Shown: positions 47,356 to 57,850, counted from the first letter of the stretch. The stretch is DNA of 64,000 nt from an uncultured Hyphomicrobiales bacterium (GCA_964650885.1 CAZYXG010000002.1:86409-150408); one strand, 5' to 3'. The notes: generated from the sequence alone by a model not told the origin. A program made the numbers and translations.

Positions 47356-49416
47356 ATGAGGAATTCAGTGAATTTTAAAAGAAATATAGTTGCTGCAATC
47401 TTTGCTATTGCTGTATTATCTAGCAATTTGATTAGCAAAGAAGATAATTCAGAAACAGTAATTGCTAAAGTAGGCAAAGAAGAAATCACTTATAAACAAT
47501 TGGAAAAAGCATTTCAAAAAAATATGAATCGTAAAAACGATTTATTGAAAAATGTCTCCAAAGATAGTGTTTTAAATTTTGTTGAGCTTTACACAAATTA
47601 TAGATTGAAAGTGCAAGATGCCTTAGATAGAGGATATGATAAAGATTCAGTTGTAATGGCTGACATTAAAAATAATAGAAAAACTTTGGCAGAAAATTAC
47701 TTTTTCGATATGAATGTGATGCAGCCAAACATAGATAATTATTTGGCACAAAGAAAAAGAGCTGTAAAATTTGCTTATATGTTATTTACTTATAACCCGT
47801 TGATGGCTCAGGAACACTTTAATTCCAAAATGGCAATGCCAAATGATTCTGCTTGGATTGTTGCCAACGATGTCCTTAAAAAATTAAAAAAAGGTGAAGA
47901 CTTTTCTGAATTAGCTAAGAAATATTCCAATGACAAAGAAACTGCTGAAAAGGGTGGAATTGTAAATAACTTCGTTACAATTGGTAAATTGCAAAGAGAA
48001 ATTGACAATGCACTATTCACTTTAAAGCCAGGTGAATATTTTCCAGAAGTAATCAAAACAAGCTATGGCTATTTCTTAATGAAAATGATAGAAGAAGAAC
48101 CAAGAGTTTTAGTTTTAGCAAGCCACATACTTTTATCGAATGAAAAAGATGATAAATTGCAAACTAAGAAAACAATTGATTCAGTTTATGCAAGACTTAA
48201 AGCTGGCGATAAATTTGTAACTTTGGCAGAAAAAATATCCGATGAATCATCTTCTGCTATCAATGGTGGAAGAATGACAGAATATTATGGTAGAACTTCT
48301 GGCTTTGAAAAAAGCGGTTCGCAATTAGTTGATGAATTTGTAAATCCTTTGATGAAATTGAAAAATGGCGAAATGACTGGTGTAGTTGAAACTCCTTATG
48401 GATATCACATAATTAGAAGAGATTCTTCCAAATACTACAATCAAGAATTAGAACAAGAAGACATTAAAAAGTTCTATAGAAGATTATACTTTGAAGATGA
48501 TAAAAAGAAATTTATGGAAAAAATTTCAACTAAGTATGGTTTTGCAATTGAGGAAAACGTATTTACTGAATTTAAATCTAAATTTGAAGTTAATAAAACT
48601 AATTTAGATACTGCGTGGGCTAAAAATATTGAAAGCGATTTGAAAAGAAAAGTCCTTTTCAAATATGGCAAAATGAGCAATACAGTTGGCGATTTTATCG
48701 AAATAAATAAAACTAATCCTAAATTCCGTGGCACTGCCAATACCGACGAAGGATTTAGAAAAACTATTAAAGCGTTAATTGAACCTTTGGTGATTGATGA
48801 TGCGACTAGAAATCTTGAAAAACAAAATCTAGATTTCGGTTCATTAGTTAAAGAATTCCAAGACGGAATGTTGCTTTTCAAAGTAGAATCGGTGGAAGTT
48901 TGGGAAAAACTTAAATTCGATTCCACAAAAGCAAAAGTTTATTGGGATTCAACTAGCTCTCGTTATAAAACAAACATAATGTATGACATTAGTGAAATAT
49001 TTGTACTATCTGATTCACTTGTAAACAACTTAAAATTGCAATTAGATGGCGGAGCAAATTTCGATGATTTAGCTGCGAATAATACTGTCCGCACAGGATT
49101 GAGAGAGAAAAAAGGAAACCATGGAGAATTGGATTCTAAAAGAAACAAGTTTTCTAATATCTTGCCGACTGAAATTAAAGCAGGAATGTTGGTTGGTCCA
49201 AAAAAATTAGAAAATGGTTTTGCAATTTTGAAAATAAACAAAGTATTACCAATTCGCATTAAAACATTCCCAGAAGCAATCACAGATTTTGCTCCTGCTT
49301 TCCAAGATCAGCAACAAAAGTTACTTTTGAAAAACTGGTTAGAGCGAGTGAAAACAAAACACAACGTACAAATTGACAAAGAGTTAATTGTTAAACTATT
49401 AGATCAAAAGAAGTAA
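47356..49416 (+). CDS. Periplasmic chaperone / PpiC-type peptidyl-prolyl isomerase (PpiD-like)
   Basis: N-terminal anchor, parvulin-like segments (ASHILL..., GYHIIRR). 686 aa. Confidence 0.65.
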   Translation: MRNSVNFKRNIVAAIFAIAVLSSNLISKEDNSETVIAKVGKEEITYKQLEKAFQKNMNRKNDLLKNVSKDSVLNFVELYTNYRLKVQDALDRGYDKDSVVMADIKNNRKTLAENYFFDMNVMQPNIDNYLAQRKRAVKFAYMLFTYNPLMAQEHFNSKMAMPNDSAWIVANDVLKKLKKGEDFSELAKKYSNDKETAEKGGIVNNFVTIGKLQREIDNALFTLKPGEYFPEVIKTSYGYFLMKMIEEEPRVLVLASHILLSNEKDDKLQTKKTIDSVYARLKAGDKFVTLAEKISDESSSAINGGRMTEYYGRTSGFEKSGSQLVDEFVNPLMKLKNGEMTGVVETPYGYHIIRRDSSKYYNQELEQEDIKKFYRRLYFEDDKKKFMEKISTKYGFAIEENVFTEFKSKFEVNKTNLDTAWAKNIESDLKRKVLFKYGKMSNTVGDFIEINKTNPKFRGTANTDEGFRKTIKALIEPLVIDDATRNLEKQNLDFGSLVKEFQDGMLLFKVESVEVWEKLKFDSTKAKVYWDSTSSRYKTNIMYDISEIFVLSDSLVNNLKLQLDGGANFDDLAANNTVRTGLREKKGNHGELDSKRNKFSNILPTEIKAGMLVGPKKLENGFAILKINKVLPIRIKTFPEAITDFAPAFQDQQQKLLLKNWLERVKTKHNVQIDKELIVKLLDQKK

Positions 49417-49421
49417 TTTAA

Positions 49422-50708
49422 ATGACAATCATAAAATTTGTTATCTCAATATTTTTATTAGCTAATCTTAGCTCATTTGCACAAATGAGTTCAGGCCAAT
49501 CTTTGGATAAAATTGTTGCAGTTGTTGGAAAAGAAATCATATTGAAATCAGAAGTAGATGGCTCTATTGCACAAATGCAGCAGCAAAATCCAAAAGTAAA
49601 CTTCAACGATGCAAAACTTAGAGAGCAAATTTTAGAAAGGTTAATCAGCGAAAAGCTAATTATTACTAGAGCATTGGAAGACTCGATTGAAGTTACAGAT
49701 GACGATGTGAACCAGCGATGGAATGAAGTGCTATCGAGAATGATAAATCAATTTGGCTCAGAAAAAAGAGTTGAAGAAGTTGTTGGCAAATCATTAAGCA
49801 GATTGAAATATGAATATCTTGATCAAATAAGGAAAAGACTTCTTTCAGATAAGCTAATTGGTACTAAATTCCAAACATTAGCCGTTACTCCGACTGAAGT
49901 GCAAGAGTTCTATAAAATCTATAAAGATTCTTTGGAATTTATTCCTGATAGAGTTACTCTACATCATATTGTGAAATTTGTCAGTACGAGTAAAAATGCT
50001 AAAGAAGAAGTATATAACCTTGCTAAAAGAGTTAGAGACTCAATAATTAATGGTGGGGACTTCGGCGAATTTGCGAAAAGATATAGTGGCGATTATATGT
50101 CTGCAAAAGATAACGGAAATCTTGGTTGGTTCGATAAAGGAAAGTTAGTAAAAGAATTTGAAAAAGCTGCTTTTGCTTTGCAAAAAGGGGAGACATCTCT
50201 TCCAATTGAAACACCATTTGGTTTTCATATTATTCAAACACTGGATAAAAAACCTGAAGCAATAAGCACACGCCATATTCTTTTTAAATTAGGTCAGTCC
50301 AACGATGATAAAGATAAAACAATTGCAGAACTTAAAACAATTTCAGAAAAATTCAAAGCTGGTGCAAATTTTGAGGAATTAGCTAAAGAATATTCCGATG
50401 AAAAAGAATCAAAAGGTTTTGGTGGATTTATTGGTACTCTTAGTTTGGCAGATTTTCCGCAAGATGTTAGAATTGCAATTGAAAAAATCAACGTAGGTGA
50501 AATAAGCGAACCACTTATCTACGGTAATGACCCTTCAAAGCAAGGTTATCAGTTGTTTTGGAAAAAAGAAATAATTAAAGAACATAAGCCAACTTTAGAA
50601 TTAGACTATAAACTTTTAGAAATTAATGCTACAAATTACAAACGTAACAATGAAATTCAAAAGTATATTGCTGAATTGAAAAATGAGATTTATTGGGAAT
50701 TGAAATAG
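49422..50708 (+). CDS. surA: SurA-like peptidyl-prolyl isomerase
   Basis: Signal peptide, SurA N-domain (LDKIVAVVG.EIILKSEV), two parvulin domains (FGFHIIQ). Confidence 0.7.
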   Translation: MTIIKFVISIFLLANLSSFAQMSSGQSLDKIVAVVGKEIILKSEVDGSIAQMQQQNPKVNFNDAKLREQILERLISEKLIITRALEDSIEVTDDDVNQRWNEVLSRMINQFGSEKRVEEVVGKSLSRLKYEYLDQIRKRLLSDKLIGTKFQTLAVTPTEVQEFYKIYKDSLEFIPDRVTLHHIVKFVSTSKNAKEEVYNLAKRVRDSIINGGDFGEFAKRYSGDYMSAKDNGNLGWFDKGKLVKEFEKAAFALQKGETSLPIETPFGFHIIQTLDKKPEAISTRHILFKLGQSNDDKDKTIAELKTISEKFKAGANFEELAKEYSDEKESKGFGGFIGTLSLADFPQDVRIAIEKINVGEISEPLIYGNDPSKQGYQLFWKKEIIKEHKPTLELDYKLLEINATNYKRNNEIQKYIAELKNEIYWELK

Positions 50709-52106
50709 TTATTTCTTAACTCTGAAATTACTTACTTCAATTTCGTATTTTCTAATCTTATTATGTAATGTCTCCCTACTTATCGCTAGTAATGCAGCTG
50801 CTTTACTCACGTTTCCGTTTACTCTATCCAATGTGGATTCAATTTTCTTTTTGTCAACCTGTGCCAAATCCTCTTTCAAAGTTCTATCTTCCGAAAGCAC
50901 ATTGTATGGTTTAGTATCAGAATCCAAACTACCAATGTTAGGTTTAATCATTTTATGAAGTTCACGTACTTCAATTTCATTACCTTTCACAGTTTGCAAG
51001 ATTACTCTCACAACACTAGACAGCTCTCTAACATTGCCATACCATTTTTGTTCGCTCAAAAATTCTAAAGCAGATGGAGAAAATACTTTGAACTCAGAAT
51101 ATTGTTCATTGTGATATTTGGTGTAATAGTTAACAATTTCCACAATGTCTTCTGCACGCTCTCTCAAAGGTGGAAGAAATATTTCACATTCTCTCAATCT
51201 ATGATAAAGTGGCTCACGGAATTTATTTTCCTTCATAGCCACAATCAAATCCCTATCCGTAGCAGAAAGAAATCTAATATCTACAGCTTCATTTTCTATT
51301 GAACCAATTTTTCTAACATACTTTTCCTCTAAAGGAATAAATAAATTCGACTGCAAATCAAGAGACATATCACCAATTTCATCTAAGAAAAGTGTTCCTC
51401 TGTTTGCTTTTTGGAAAAGCCCAGTTTTGGTTTCTGTTGCACCAGAGAAAGCACCTTTTGTGTGCCCGAATAACTCACTTTGGAAAAGTTCTTTGGGAAT
51501 GTTTGGAATATCTACAGTTACAAACTGACCTTTCACTCTGCGGCTTACATTATGAATTGCTTTAGCTACAAGACGCTTTCCAGTACCAGTTTCACCAGTA
51601 ATTAATATATTTAAGTCCGTCCTTCCATATCGGATAATACTATCACCAATTTCAATTAACACTTTGCTTTTGCCAATAATTCCATTAGAATTTAAAAACT
51701 TAAGTATTTCTTTGCTTTCGCCATCAGTTCCAAGTTTTTCAATTGCAGAATCTAAAACAGATTTGATTTTATCTTTAGAAACAATACTTTTTTCAATGAA
51801 ATTGATTGCACCTAATTTTGTTGCACGTACTGCTGTTTCAATTGAGCCTTTCCCAGAAATCATTACGACAGGAATTTGTGGAAATCTTCTGCGGCTATGC
51901 TCAAGCACATCTAGTCCAGTAAGCTTTACGCCAGTCCCAAACTCAATATCGAGCAATATTAGATTTATTTCAGATGCGTGCCTATCAATATAATTAATGG
52001 CATCTGTTGGCAAATGAAGTGTGTGTGTTTCAAATCCAAGGGAAGTTACAATCTCTGCAATAGTGGTACAAAAGTCCACATTGTCATCAACAACTAGTAT
52101 TTTCAT
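50709..52106 (-). CDS. Sigma-54-dependent response regulator (NtrC family)
   Basis: REC domain (DD..., LILLD), AAA+ GETGTGK, GAFSGA sigma-54 contact loop, C-terminal Fis-type HTH. Confidence 0.85.
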   Translation of the reverse strand: MKILVVDDNVDFCTTIAEIVTSLGFETHTLHLPTDAINYIDRHASEINLILLDIEFGTGVKLTGLDVLEHSRRRFPQIPVVMISGKGSIETAVRATKLGAINFIEKSIVSKDKIKSVLDSAIEKLGTDGESKEILKFLNSNGIIGKSKVLIEIGDSIIRYGRTDLNILITGETGTGKRLVAKAIHNVSRRVKGQFVTVDIPNIPKELFQSELFGHTKGAFSGATETKTGLFQKANRGTLFLDEIGDMSLDLQSNLFIPLEEKYVRKIGSIENEAVDIRFLSATDRDLIVAMKENKFREPLYHRLRECEIFLPPLRERAEDIVEIVNYYTKYHNEQYSEFKVFSPSALEFLSEQKWYGNVRELSSVVRVILQTVKGNEIEVRELHKMIKPNIGSLDSDTKPYNVLSEDRTLKEDLAQVDKKKIESTLDRVNGNVSKAAALLAISRETLHNKIRKYEIEVSNFRVKK

Positions 52107-52159
52107 TTGTAAGTTTTTAATTATTTAATTTTAATAATTAGAATATACAAATAAAATTT

Positions 52160-52663
52160 TTATTTATATAAATCTTTCAGAGATTCTAAACGAATATAAA
52201 AAATTCTGTAATCTCTATTCAGTAAATCTGGTCTATCGAACTTGTTATTCCAGATATATCTTTTCACAAAATCATTAGTCGGATTCTCAAAAATAATGTA
52301 AGTCATTGTATCTGCTGTGACATTGAGAGTTTCATTACGTAAAATTAACTTTGTAAAGTCTGGCAAAACAGAGCAATAGAGAGAATCTGGTATTTTTGTA
52401 ACAAAAACACCAGATGTGTCAGTAATTGAAGTGATTGATTCTACAACACCATTTGTTTTGAGAATATAACTATTGAAAATTTTCTCTGTTTTCCTGATTA
52501 AGCTACCCCACTTTAGAGTTGTCTTAGTATTCATGGAATCAACACATTTTGTGATTGGATAGTTCACTATTATAGCTTCTTTAGTTGCAGTGTTGGTGCA
52601 AGAAGCTGCAATTATTATCAATACAAAGGGGACAATCAAAAAATTAAAGATTGATTTTTTCAA
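52160..52663 (-). CDS. Hypothetical lipoprotein
   Basis: Lipobox AASC. The 5' end overlaps the gltX stop by 4 nt. Confidence 0.4.
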   Translation of the reverse strand: MKKSIFNFLIVPFVLIIIAASCTNTATKEAIIVNYPITKCVDSMNTKTTLKWGSLIRKTEKIFNSYILKTNGVVESITSITDTSGVFVTKIPDSLYCSVLPDFTKLILRNETLNVTADTMTYIIFENPTNDFVKRYIWNNKFDRPDLLNRDYRIFYIRLESLKDLYK

Positions 52664-54111
52664 TTGAAATAACCTGAATCAAGTTTTACAAAAAATTCAT
52701 TCATTCTTGCTTCACATTCTGCCTTGCCTAACAACGCCATAGTTTCATAAAGACTAGCTCCTACTGCTTTTCCAGTCAGCACCAATCTTAACGGGTTCAT
52801 AATTTCGCCGAATTTTAATTTCTTATCATTTATGAAAGTTTTTACAGCATTTTCAATTGGGTCGTGTGTGAATTCTTCCAAAGCAAACAAAGCATAAAAC
52901 AATTCTTTAGCAGTTTCACTAGTCGTTTCTTTCCAACATTTTGCAAAATATTCTTTGTCGTAGTTTGGTTTTCCAAACATATAATCACCAAACACTGGTA
53001 ATTCATGCAAAAAGTGAATTCTTTCTCTAAGCAATTTTATTACTTTAGCAATGTAATCCTGTTCGAATTCAACTGCTGTGCTTTCTATATAAAGCTTTGC
53101 TAAATAGTTCACATCCATTGAGCGGAAATATTGTCCTTGCACCCAAAGCAATTTTTCTCTATCGAATACAGCACCTGCTTTATTTACTTTTTCCAGATTA
53201 AATTCAGCTATTAGTTCATCAATTGTAAATATTTCTCTATTATTTGTTGGATTCCATCCAAGCAATGCTATGAAATTAACAAAAGCTTCTTTCAAAAAGC
53301 CAGCTGAATTAAATTCTTCTACTGAAACTGAGCCTGTTCTTTTTGATAATTTTGATTTATCTTCGTTCAAAAGCAAAGGCAAATGTGCAAATGTAGGTGC
53401 AGTCCAATTAAATGCTTTATAAAGCAAAACGTGTTTAGGAGTAGAAGGAAGCCATTCTTCACCTCTGATAACGTGGGTAATTTCCATAAAGTGGTCGTCA
53501 ACTACGTTTGCTAAATGGTAGGTAGGGAATCCATCGGACTTTAATAAAATTTGGTCGTCAATATCTTTTCCAAGCACTTTAACTTCGCCACGGATTACAT
53601 CTGCGAATTTCACTTCTTCATTGTAATCTACTTTTAATCGAATTACATATTCAGTGCCTGCTTCAATAAGCTTTTTAGTTTCCTCAGCTCCAAGAGTGAA
53701 GAAGTTCTTCATTGTAGTTCTGTCATATTTTGGTGAAAGACCAGAGTTTTTTTGTCTTTCACGCATAGCTTCAATTTCTTCAGAAGTGTCGAATGCAAAA
53801 TATGCAGAGCCATTATCAATTAATTCATAAGCATATTTTTTATATAAATCGAAACGCTCAGATTGTATGTATGGTCCGTAATCGCCACCAACGTGTGGTC
53901 CTTCATCAAATTCAAGCCCAGCCCAATTTAAAGATTTAATCAAATTCTCTTGTGCATCTTCTACAAGTCTTGTTCTGTCGGTATCTTCAATACGAAGAAT
54001 GAACTTCCCATTGTGGTGTTTAGCGAAAAGATAATTGTAAAGTGCAGTACGCAGACCACCTACGTGTAGAAATCCAGTTGGCGATGGAGCAAATCTAACT
54101 CTAACAGACAT
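52660..54111 (-). CDS. gltX: Glutamate--tRNA ligase
   Basis: HIGH-type PTGFLHVGGLRTA and KMSKS-type KLSKR. Confidence 0.92.
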   Translation of the reverse strand: MSVRVRFAPSPTGFLHVGGLRTALYNYLFAKHHNGKFILRIEDTDRTRLVEDAQENLIKSLNWAGLEFDEGPHVGGDYGPYIQSERFDLYKKYAYELIDNGSAYFAFDTSEEIEAMRERQKNSGLSPKYDRTTMKNFFTLGAEETKKLIEAGTEYVIRLKVDYNEEVKFADVIRGEVKVLGKDIDDQILLKSDGFPTYHLANVVDDHFMEITHVIRGEEWLPSTPKHVLLYKAFNWTAPTFAHLPLLLNEDKSKLSKRTGSVSVEEFNSAGFLKEAFVNFIALLGWNPTNNREIFTIDELIAEFNLEKVNKAGAVFDREKLLWVQGQYFRSMDVNYLAKLYIESTAVEFEQDYIAKVIKLLRERIHFLHELPVFGDYMFGKPNYDKEYFAKCWKETTSETAKELFYALFALEEFTHDPIENAVKTFINDKKLKFGEIMNPLRLVLTGKAVGASLYETMALLGKAECEARMNEFFVKLDSGYFN

Positions 54112-54314
54112 TTTTAACTTTTAAATTGTAATAAAAATAATCTCAAAATTAATCATTTTAAAGTAGAATATTTCAATAATAGATTAACAAAAGTGAATAT
54201 TTAAACTTCAATAGGCAAGATATTTGCTATAAACTAAGCATTGAAACATTATTTGGTTTTTATTTAATAAGTTTTGAAGTATATTAAGTTTTTGAAACTA
54301 ACATTTGATAGAAA

Positions 54315-55649
54315 GTGGACTTTCTCATTAATATAGTAAAATTAAAAGCACAATTAGATTCTTTGCGACCGCTCAAACCAGAGCTTGAGCAAAAACTGAT
54401 GACAAGCTATAAAGTATTCTGGAATTATAACTCAAATAATCCAGAAGAAAGTCCATTAAATTTTGAAGAATCAAGAGATTTCACTCTCACTGGCAAAGTA
54501 TCAAACCCAAAAGAATTCCATAAATTCTATTCTCAGCGTGGACATAACGAAGGAATAAAAATAATTGAACATGCTGTCAAAGATAATACACCTTTGACAG
54601 AAGAATTAATTAAAAAATTGCACGTTGCTGTTATAAAAGAAGCAAATGACTACTTAATGTCTCTTCCAATCAATAAAGATAAGAAGTTGAAAATCTATGC
54701 TGGCAAGTACAAAACTATCAAAAACTTAGTTAAAACTAGAACAGGCGACACCTTTAATTTTGCTTTACCAGTGGAAACTCCTCACAGGATGGAAGAATTA
54801 CTCAAATGGTACAACGAAGTAGATAAATTAGAAAAGTTCAGTAAATTTTTTTTGGCTGTGAATTTCCATTATAAGTTTTTATGTATCCACCCATTCGATG
54901 ATGGCAATGGAAGAACAGCTCGACTTTTAATGAATTATATTCTAATGAAAGATGGTTTTCCACCAGTTATTCTAAGAAAAGAAGAAAAAATAAACTACTT
55001 GCTTGCTATTCAGCAATCCGATAGAGGTTCGATTTACCCACTGATTGAATTTCTTGGCAATAATTTAGTAAAATCTTTAGAGCTTTTCCTTAAAGGTATA
55101 GTTAAAGGGGCTATTAGCGAACAAGATATAAGTGAAATATTACCTATTGAAGATGTTATAAATCACGCATTACATCCAGTGATGGCAAATAAAATTATAT
55201 ATAGATCTACTGATTCATTGCTTTATTTATTCGATTTTTGTATCTCTCCATTGATCAATAAATTTGTCAATGGTTGCCAAAAATTCTTCAAATATTATGA
55301 CGAAATACACATCTCGCACACAAGCGACCCTCATTCAAGATTTGTATCTATCAATGACACAATAATTATAGCTAGACGTTCAATTGATGTGAAAAGAGAA
55401 TATTTCAACTTGAAATTTGATTTTAAGAAAATCAAAATTAGCGGAATAGAAGTTCATTTCACTGCCGTTATTTCATTTCATTTCGGCGGAATGTCATATC
55501 AAGTTTTCACTGGTCCAAAAGAAGTACATTTTGAAAAACAACTAAGTGAAAACTTAACAGATGTTGAAATCAATAAACTTGTACTAGCTGAAATGAATAG
55601 ACACGAAATTGAAATAAAGAGAAAAATTGCTGCAAAAAAGACATACTAA
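54315..55649 (+). CDS. Fic family protein, long form (copy 1)
   Basis: Active site HPFDDGNGRTAR (54888-54923). The GTG start is the only start that keeps the N-terminus (LDSLRP) conserved among the paralogues. Degenerate inhibitory motif SNNPEE. Confidence 0.85.
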   Translation: MDFLINIVKLKAQLDSLRPLKPELEQKLMTSYKVFWNYNSNNPEESPLNFEESRDFTLTGKVSNPKEFHKFYSQRGHNEGIKIIEHAVKDNTPLTEELIKKLHVAVIKEANDYLMSLPINKDKKLKIYAGKYKTIKNLVKTRTGDTFNFALPVETPHRMEELLKWYNEVDKLEKFSKFFLAVNFHYKFLCIHPFDDGNGRTARLLMNYILMKDGFPPVILRKEEKINYLLAIQQSDRGSIYPLIEFLGNNLVKSLELFLKGIVKGAISEQDISEILPIEDVINHALHPVMANKIIYRSTDSLLYLFDFCISPLINKFVNGCQKFFKYYDEIHISHTSDPHSRFVSINDTIIIARRSIDVKREYFNLKFDFKKIKISGIEVHFTAVISFHFGGMSYQVFTGPKEVHFEKQLSENLTDVEINKLVLAEMNRHEIEIKRKIAAKKTY

Positions 55650-55665
55650 ATTTGTTTAAGTCCAA

Positions 55666-56994
55666 ATGAACAACATATACAAAATAGAAAGACTACGCAA
55701 AGAGCTTGATTCGCTCCGCCCAATAAGCTCGGAACAAGAAAAGAGAATAATGCAAAAATTCCGATTAGATTGGAATTTCCACTCAAACAATAAAAGAGAA
55801 GATGCACTTTCTTATAGCGAAGTCAAAGCACTTATTTTGCATAGCTTAACAGCATCAGGCAAACCATTAAGATTGCACTATGAAGTGCGTGGACACAACA
55901 AAGCAATCAAATGGATTGAAAAATTAGTATTGGAAAATGAAGATATTTCCGAAGAAATGATAACTAAACTGCATACATATTTACTAAAAGAATCTTATGA
56001 AGTTGAAGCATTAACTAGTGAAGGATTTCCAATTAAAAGAAAAGTTCAAATTGGTAAATATAAAGCAGTTCCAAATAGAGTGAAAACTCGAACTGGAGAA
56101 ACTTTTCACTTTTCTTCTCCCGATGAAACACCACAAAGAATGCAAGAACTTGTAGCTTGGTATAAAGAAAAAGCATTAAAGAAAAAGTACAATGTAATTC
56201 TACTAGCAGCCGAATTTCATTATAAGTTACTTTGCATCCACCCATTCGATGATGGCAATGGTAGAACAGCCCGACTTTTAATGAACTTTATTTTAATGAA
56301 AGCTGGCTATCCTCCAATTATCTTCAAAAGAGAAGAAAGAATTAACTATCTCCTTGCTATCCAACAAGCAGATGGAGGGCATTTTCAAGCCCTACTGGAT
56401 TTTGTTTGCTCTAATCTTATTAAATCGTTAGAGTTTTATTTGCGTGCCGCCAAGGGTGGTGAAATTGAAGAATTTAATGACTTAGATTTGGAAATTGCTC
56501 GGCTAGAACAAAAGCTTGTTTTAGTAGCACTTCCACCAAAAGCAAAACCTAAAAACAAAGAAATAATGCTTAAAGTATATGACTTTACTGTAGCTCCACT
56601 ATTAACAAAGTTTATAAATAGCAGTTTAAAGTATAATAAGTTTTATTTAGATATTAAAATTTCACCAACAAGTAACAATATCAATAAATTCATATCTTTA
56701 GAAGATTCTATAGAAACTGGCAGAAAAATGATAGATGTTAAAAATGAATATTTCGTAATGAAATGCGAATATAGAAAATTCAAAACTGCTCAAATAGAGC
56801 TTTATTTCATTAGTTCTATCTACTTTTCTTTTCAGCCAACCATCTATAAAGTTTATAATGGCAATAAAGACATTGTTTTTGAAAAGTACTATACAGAGAA
56901 TCTAAAAGACGAAGAAATTGAATTACTTGTTATGTCTGAAATGAAAAGACATAAAGATGAAATTGAAAAGAAAATAAATTTGATAACTACCTAA
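55666..56994 (+). CDS. Fic family protein, long form (copy 2)
   Basis: Active site HPFDDGNGRTAR (56239-56274). The inhibitory motif position reads SNNKRE, with Arg where Glu is expected. Confidence 0.85.
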   Translation: MNNIYKIERLRKELDSLRPISSEQEKRIMQKFRLDWNFHSNNKREDALSYSEVKALILHSLTASGKPLRLHYEVRGHNKAIKWIEKLVLENEDISEEMITKLHTYLLKESYEVEALTSEGFPIKRKVQIGKYKAVPNRVKTRTGETFHFSSPDETPQRMQELVAWYKEKALKKKYNVILLAAEFHYKLLCIHPFDDGNGRTARLLMNFILMKAGYPPIIFKREERINYLLAIQQADGGHFQALLDFVCSNLIKSLEFYLRAAKGGEIEEFNDLDLEIARLEQKLVLVALPPKAKPKNKEIMLKVYDFTVAPLLTKFINSSLKYNKFYLDIKISPTSNNINKFISLEDSIETGRKMIDVKNEYFVMKCEYRKFKTAQIELYFISSIYFSFQPTIYKVYNGNKDIVFEKYYTENLKDEEIELLVMSEMKRHKDEIEKKINLITT

Positions 56995-57013
56995 TAAAAT
57001 AAGCTAATTTGGC

Positions 57014-57838
57014 GTGATGGAAATATTTGAGAAAATAGATAGCTTAAAATCTGTTTTGGATTCACTAAAGCCCTTTAACAAGGAAAAAGAAACCAAAATT
57101 AAACATAGATTTAGAATTGATTGGAACTATCACTCCAACCATATGGAAGGCAATTCTCTAAGTTTCCACGAAGTGAAAGCATTGATAGCATTGGGTATGA
57201 ATGTGCCTGGCAAACCACATAGAGATCATTTGGAAATTAAAGGACATAATGAAGCTATCAAATGGATTGAACTATTAGTAAGAATGGACTACCCGATTAC
57301 TGAAGATTTCATTAAAGAAGTCCATAGAATGATTCTCAAAGAGCCCTATGACATCCAACTAAGAACAGAATCTGGACACATAACTCATAGACAAATTTGG
57401 ATTGGGCAATACAAAGCAATGCCAAATCACGTAATTGCATCGAATGGAAGATCATTTACTTTTGCATCGCCACAAGAAACAACTTCCAAAATGGCAGAAC
57501 TTGTGAAATGGGTTCAAGAAACAGCAAAAGATGAAAGTGTACATCCAATTGAATTAGCAACTGAACTGCACTACAGATTTATTGCTATTCATCCGTTCGA
57601 TGATGGTAATGGTCGCAGTGGTAGAATACTACTTAACTTCATACTAATGAGAGCTGGATTTCCGCCAATAATAATACGCACCACAGACAAAAAGGCCTAC
57701 TTTAAAGCCCTGCAACAGGCCGATAATGGAGATTTATTCCCTCTAAGAGATTATTTTGGTGGGTATTTGATTGAGTCTATTGAATTAATGATTTCAATGC
57801 TTAAAGGTGAAATAAGTATTGAAAATTATGAATACTAA
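57014..57838 (+). CDS. Fic family protein, short form (copy 3) with intact N-terminal inhibitory motif
   Basis: Active site HPFDDGNGRSGR (57590-57625). SNHMEGN (57134-57154) equals (S/T)xxxE(G/N). The likely start is the ATG at 57017. Confidence 0.85.
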   Translation: MMEIFEKIDSLKSVLDSLKPFNKEKETKIKHRFRIDWNYHSNHMEGNSLSFHEVKALIALGMNVPGKPHRDHLEIKGHNEAIKWIELLVRMDYPITEDFIKEVHRMILKEPYDIQLRTESGHITHRQIWIGQYKAMPNHVIASNGRSFTFASPQETTSKMAELVKWVQETAKDESVHPIELATELHYRFIAIHPFDDGNGRSGRILLNFILMRAGFPPIIIRTTDKKAYFKALQQADNGDLFPLRDYFGGYLIESIELMISMLKGEISIENYEY

Positions 57839-57850
57839 TTAGTTAAGATT

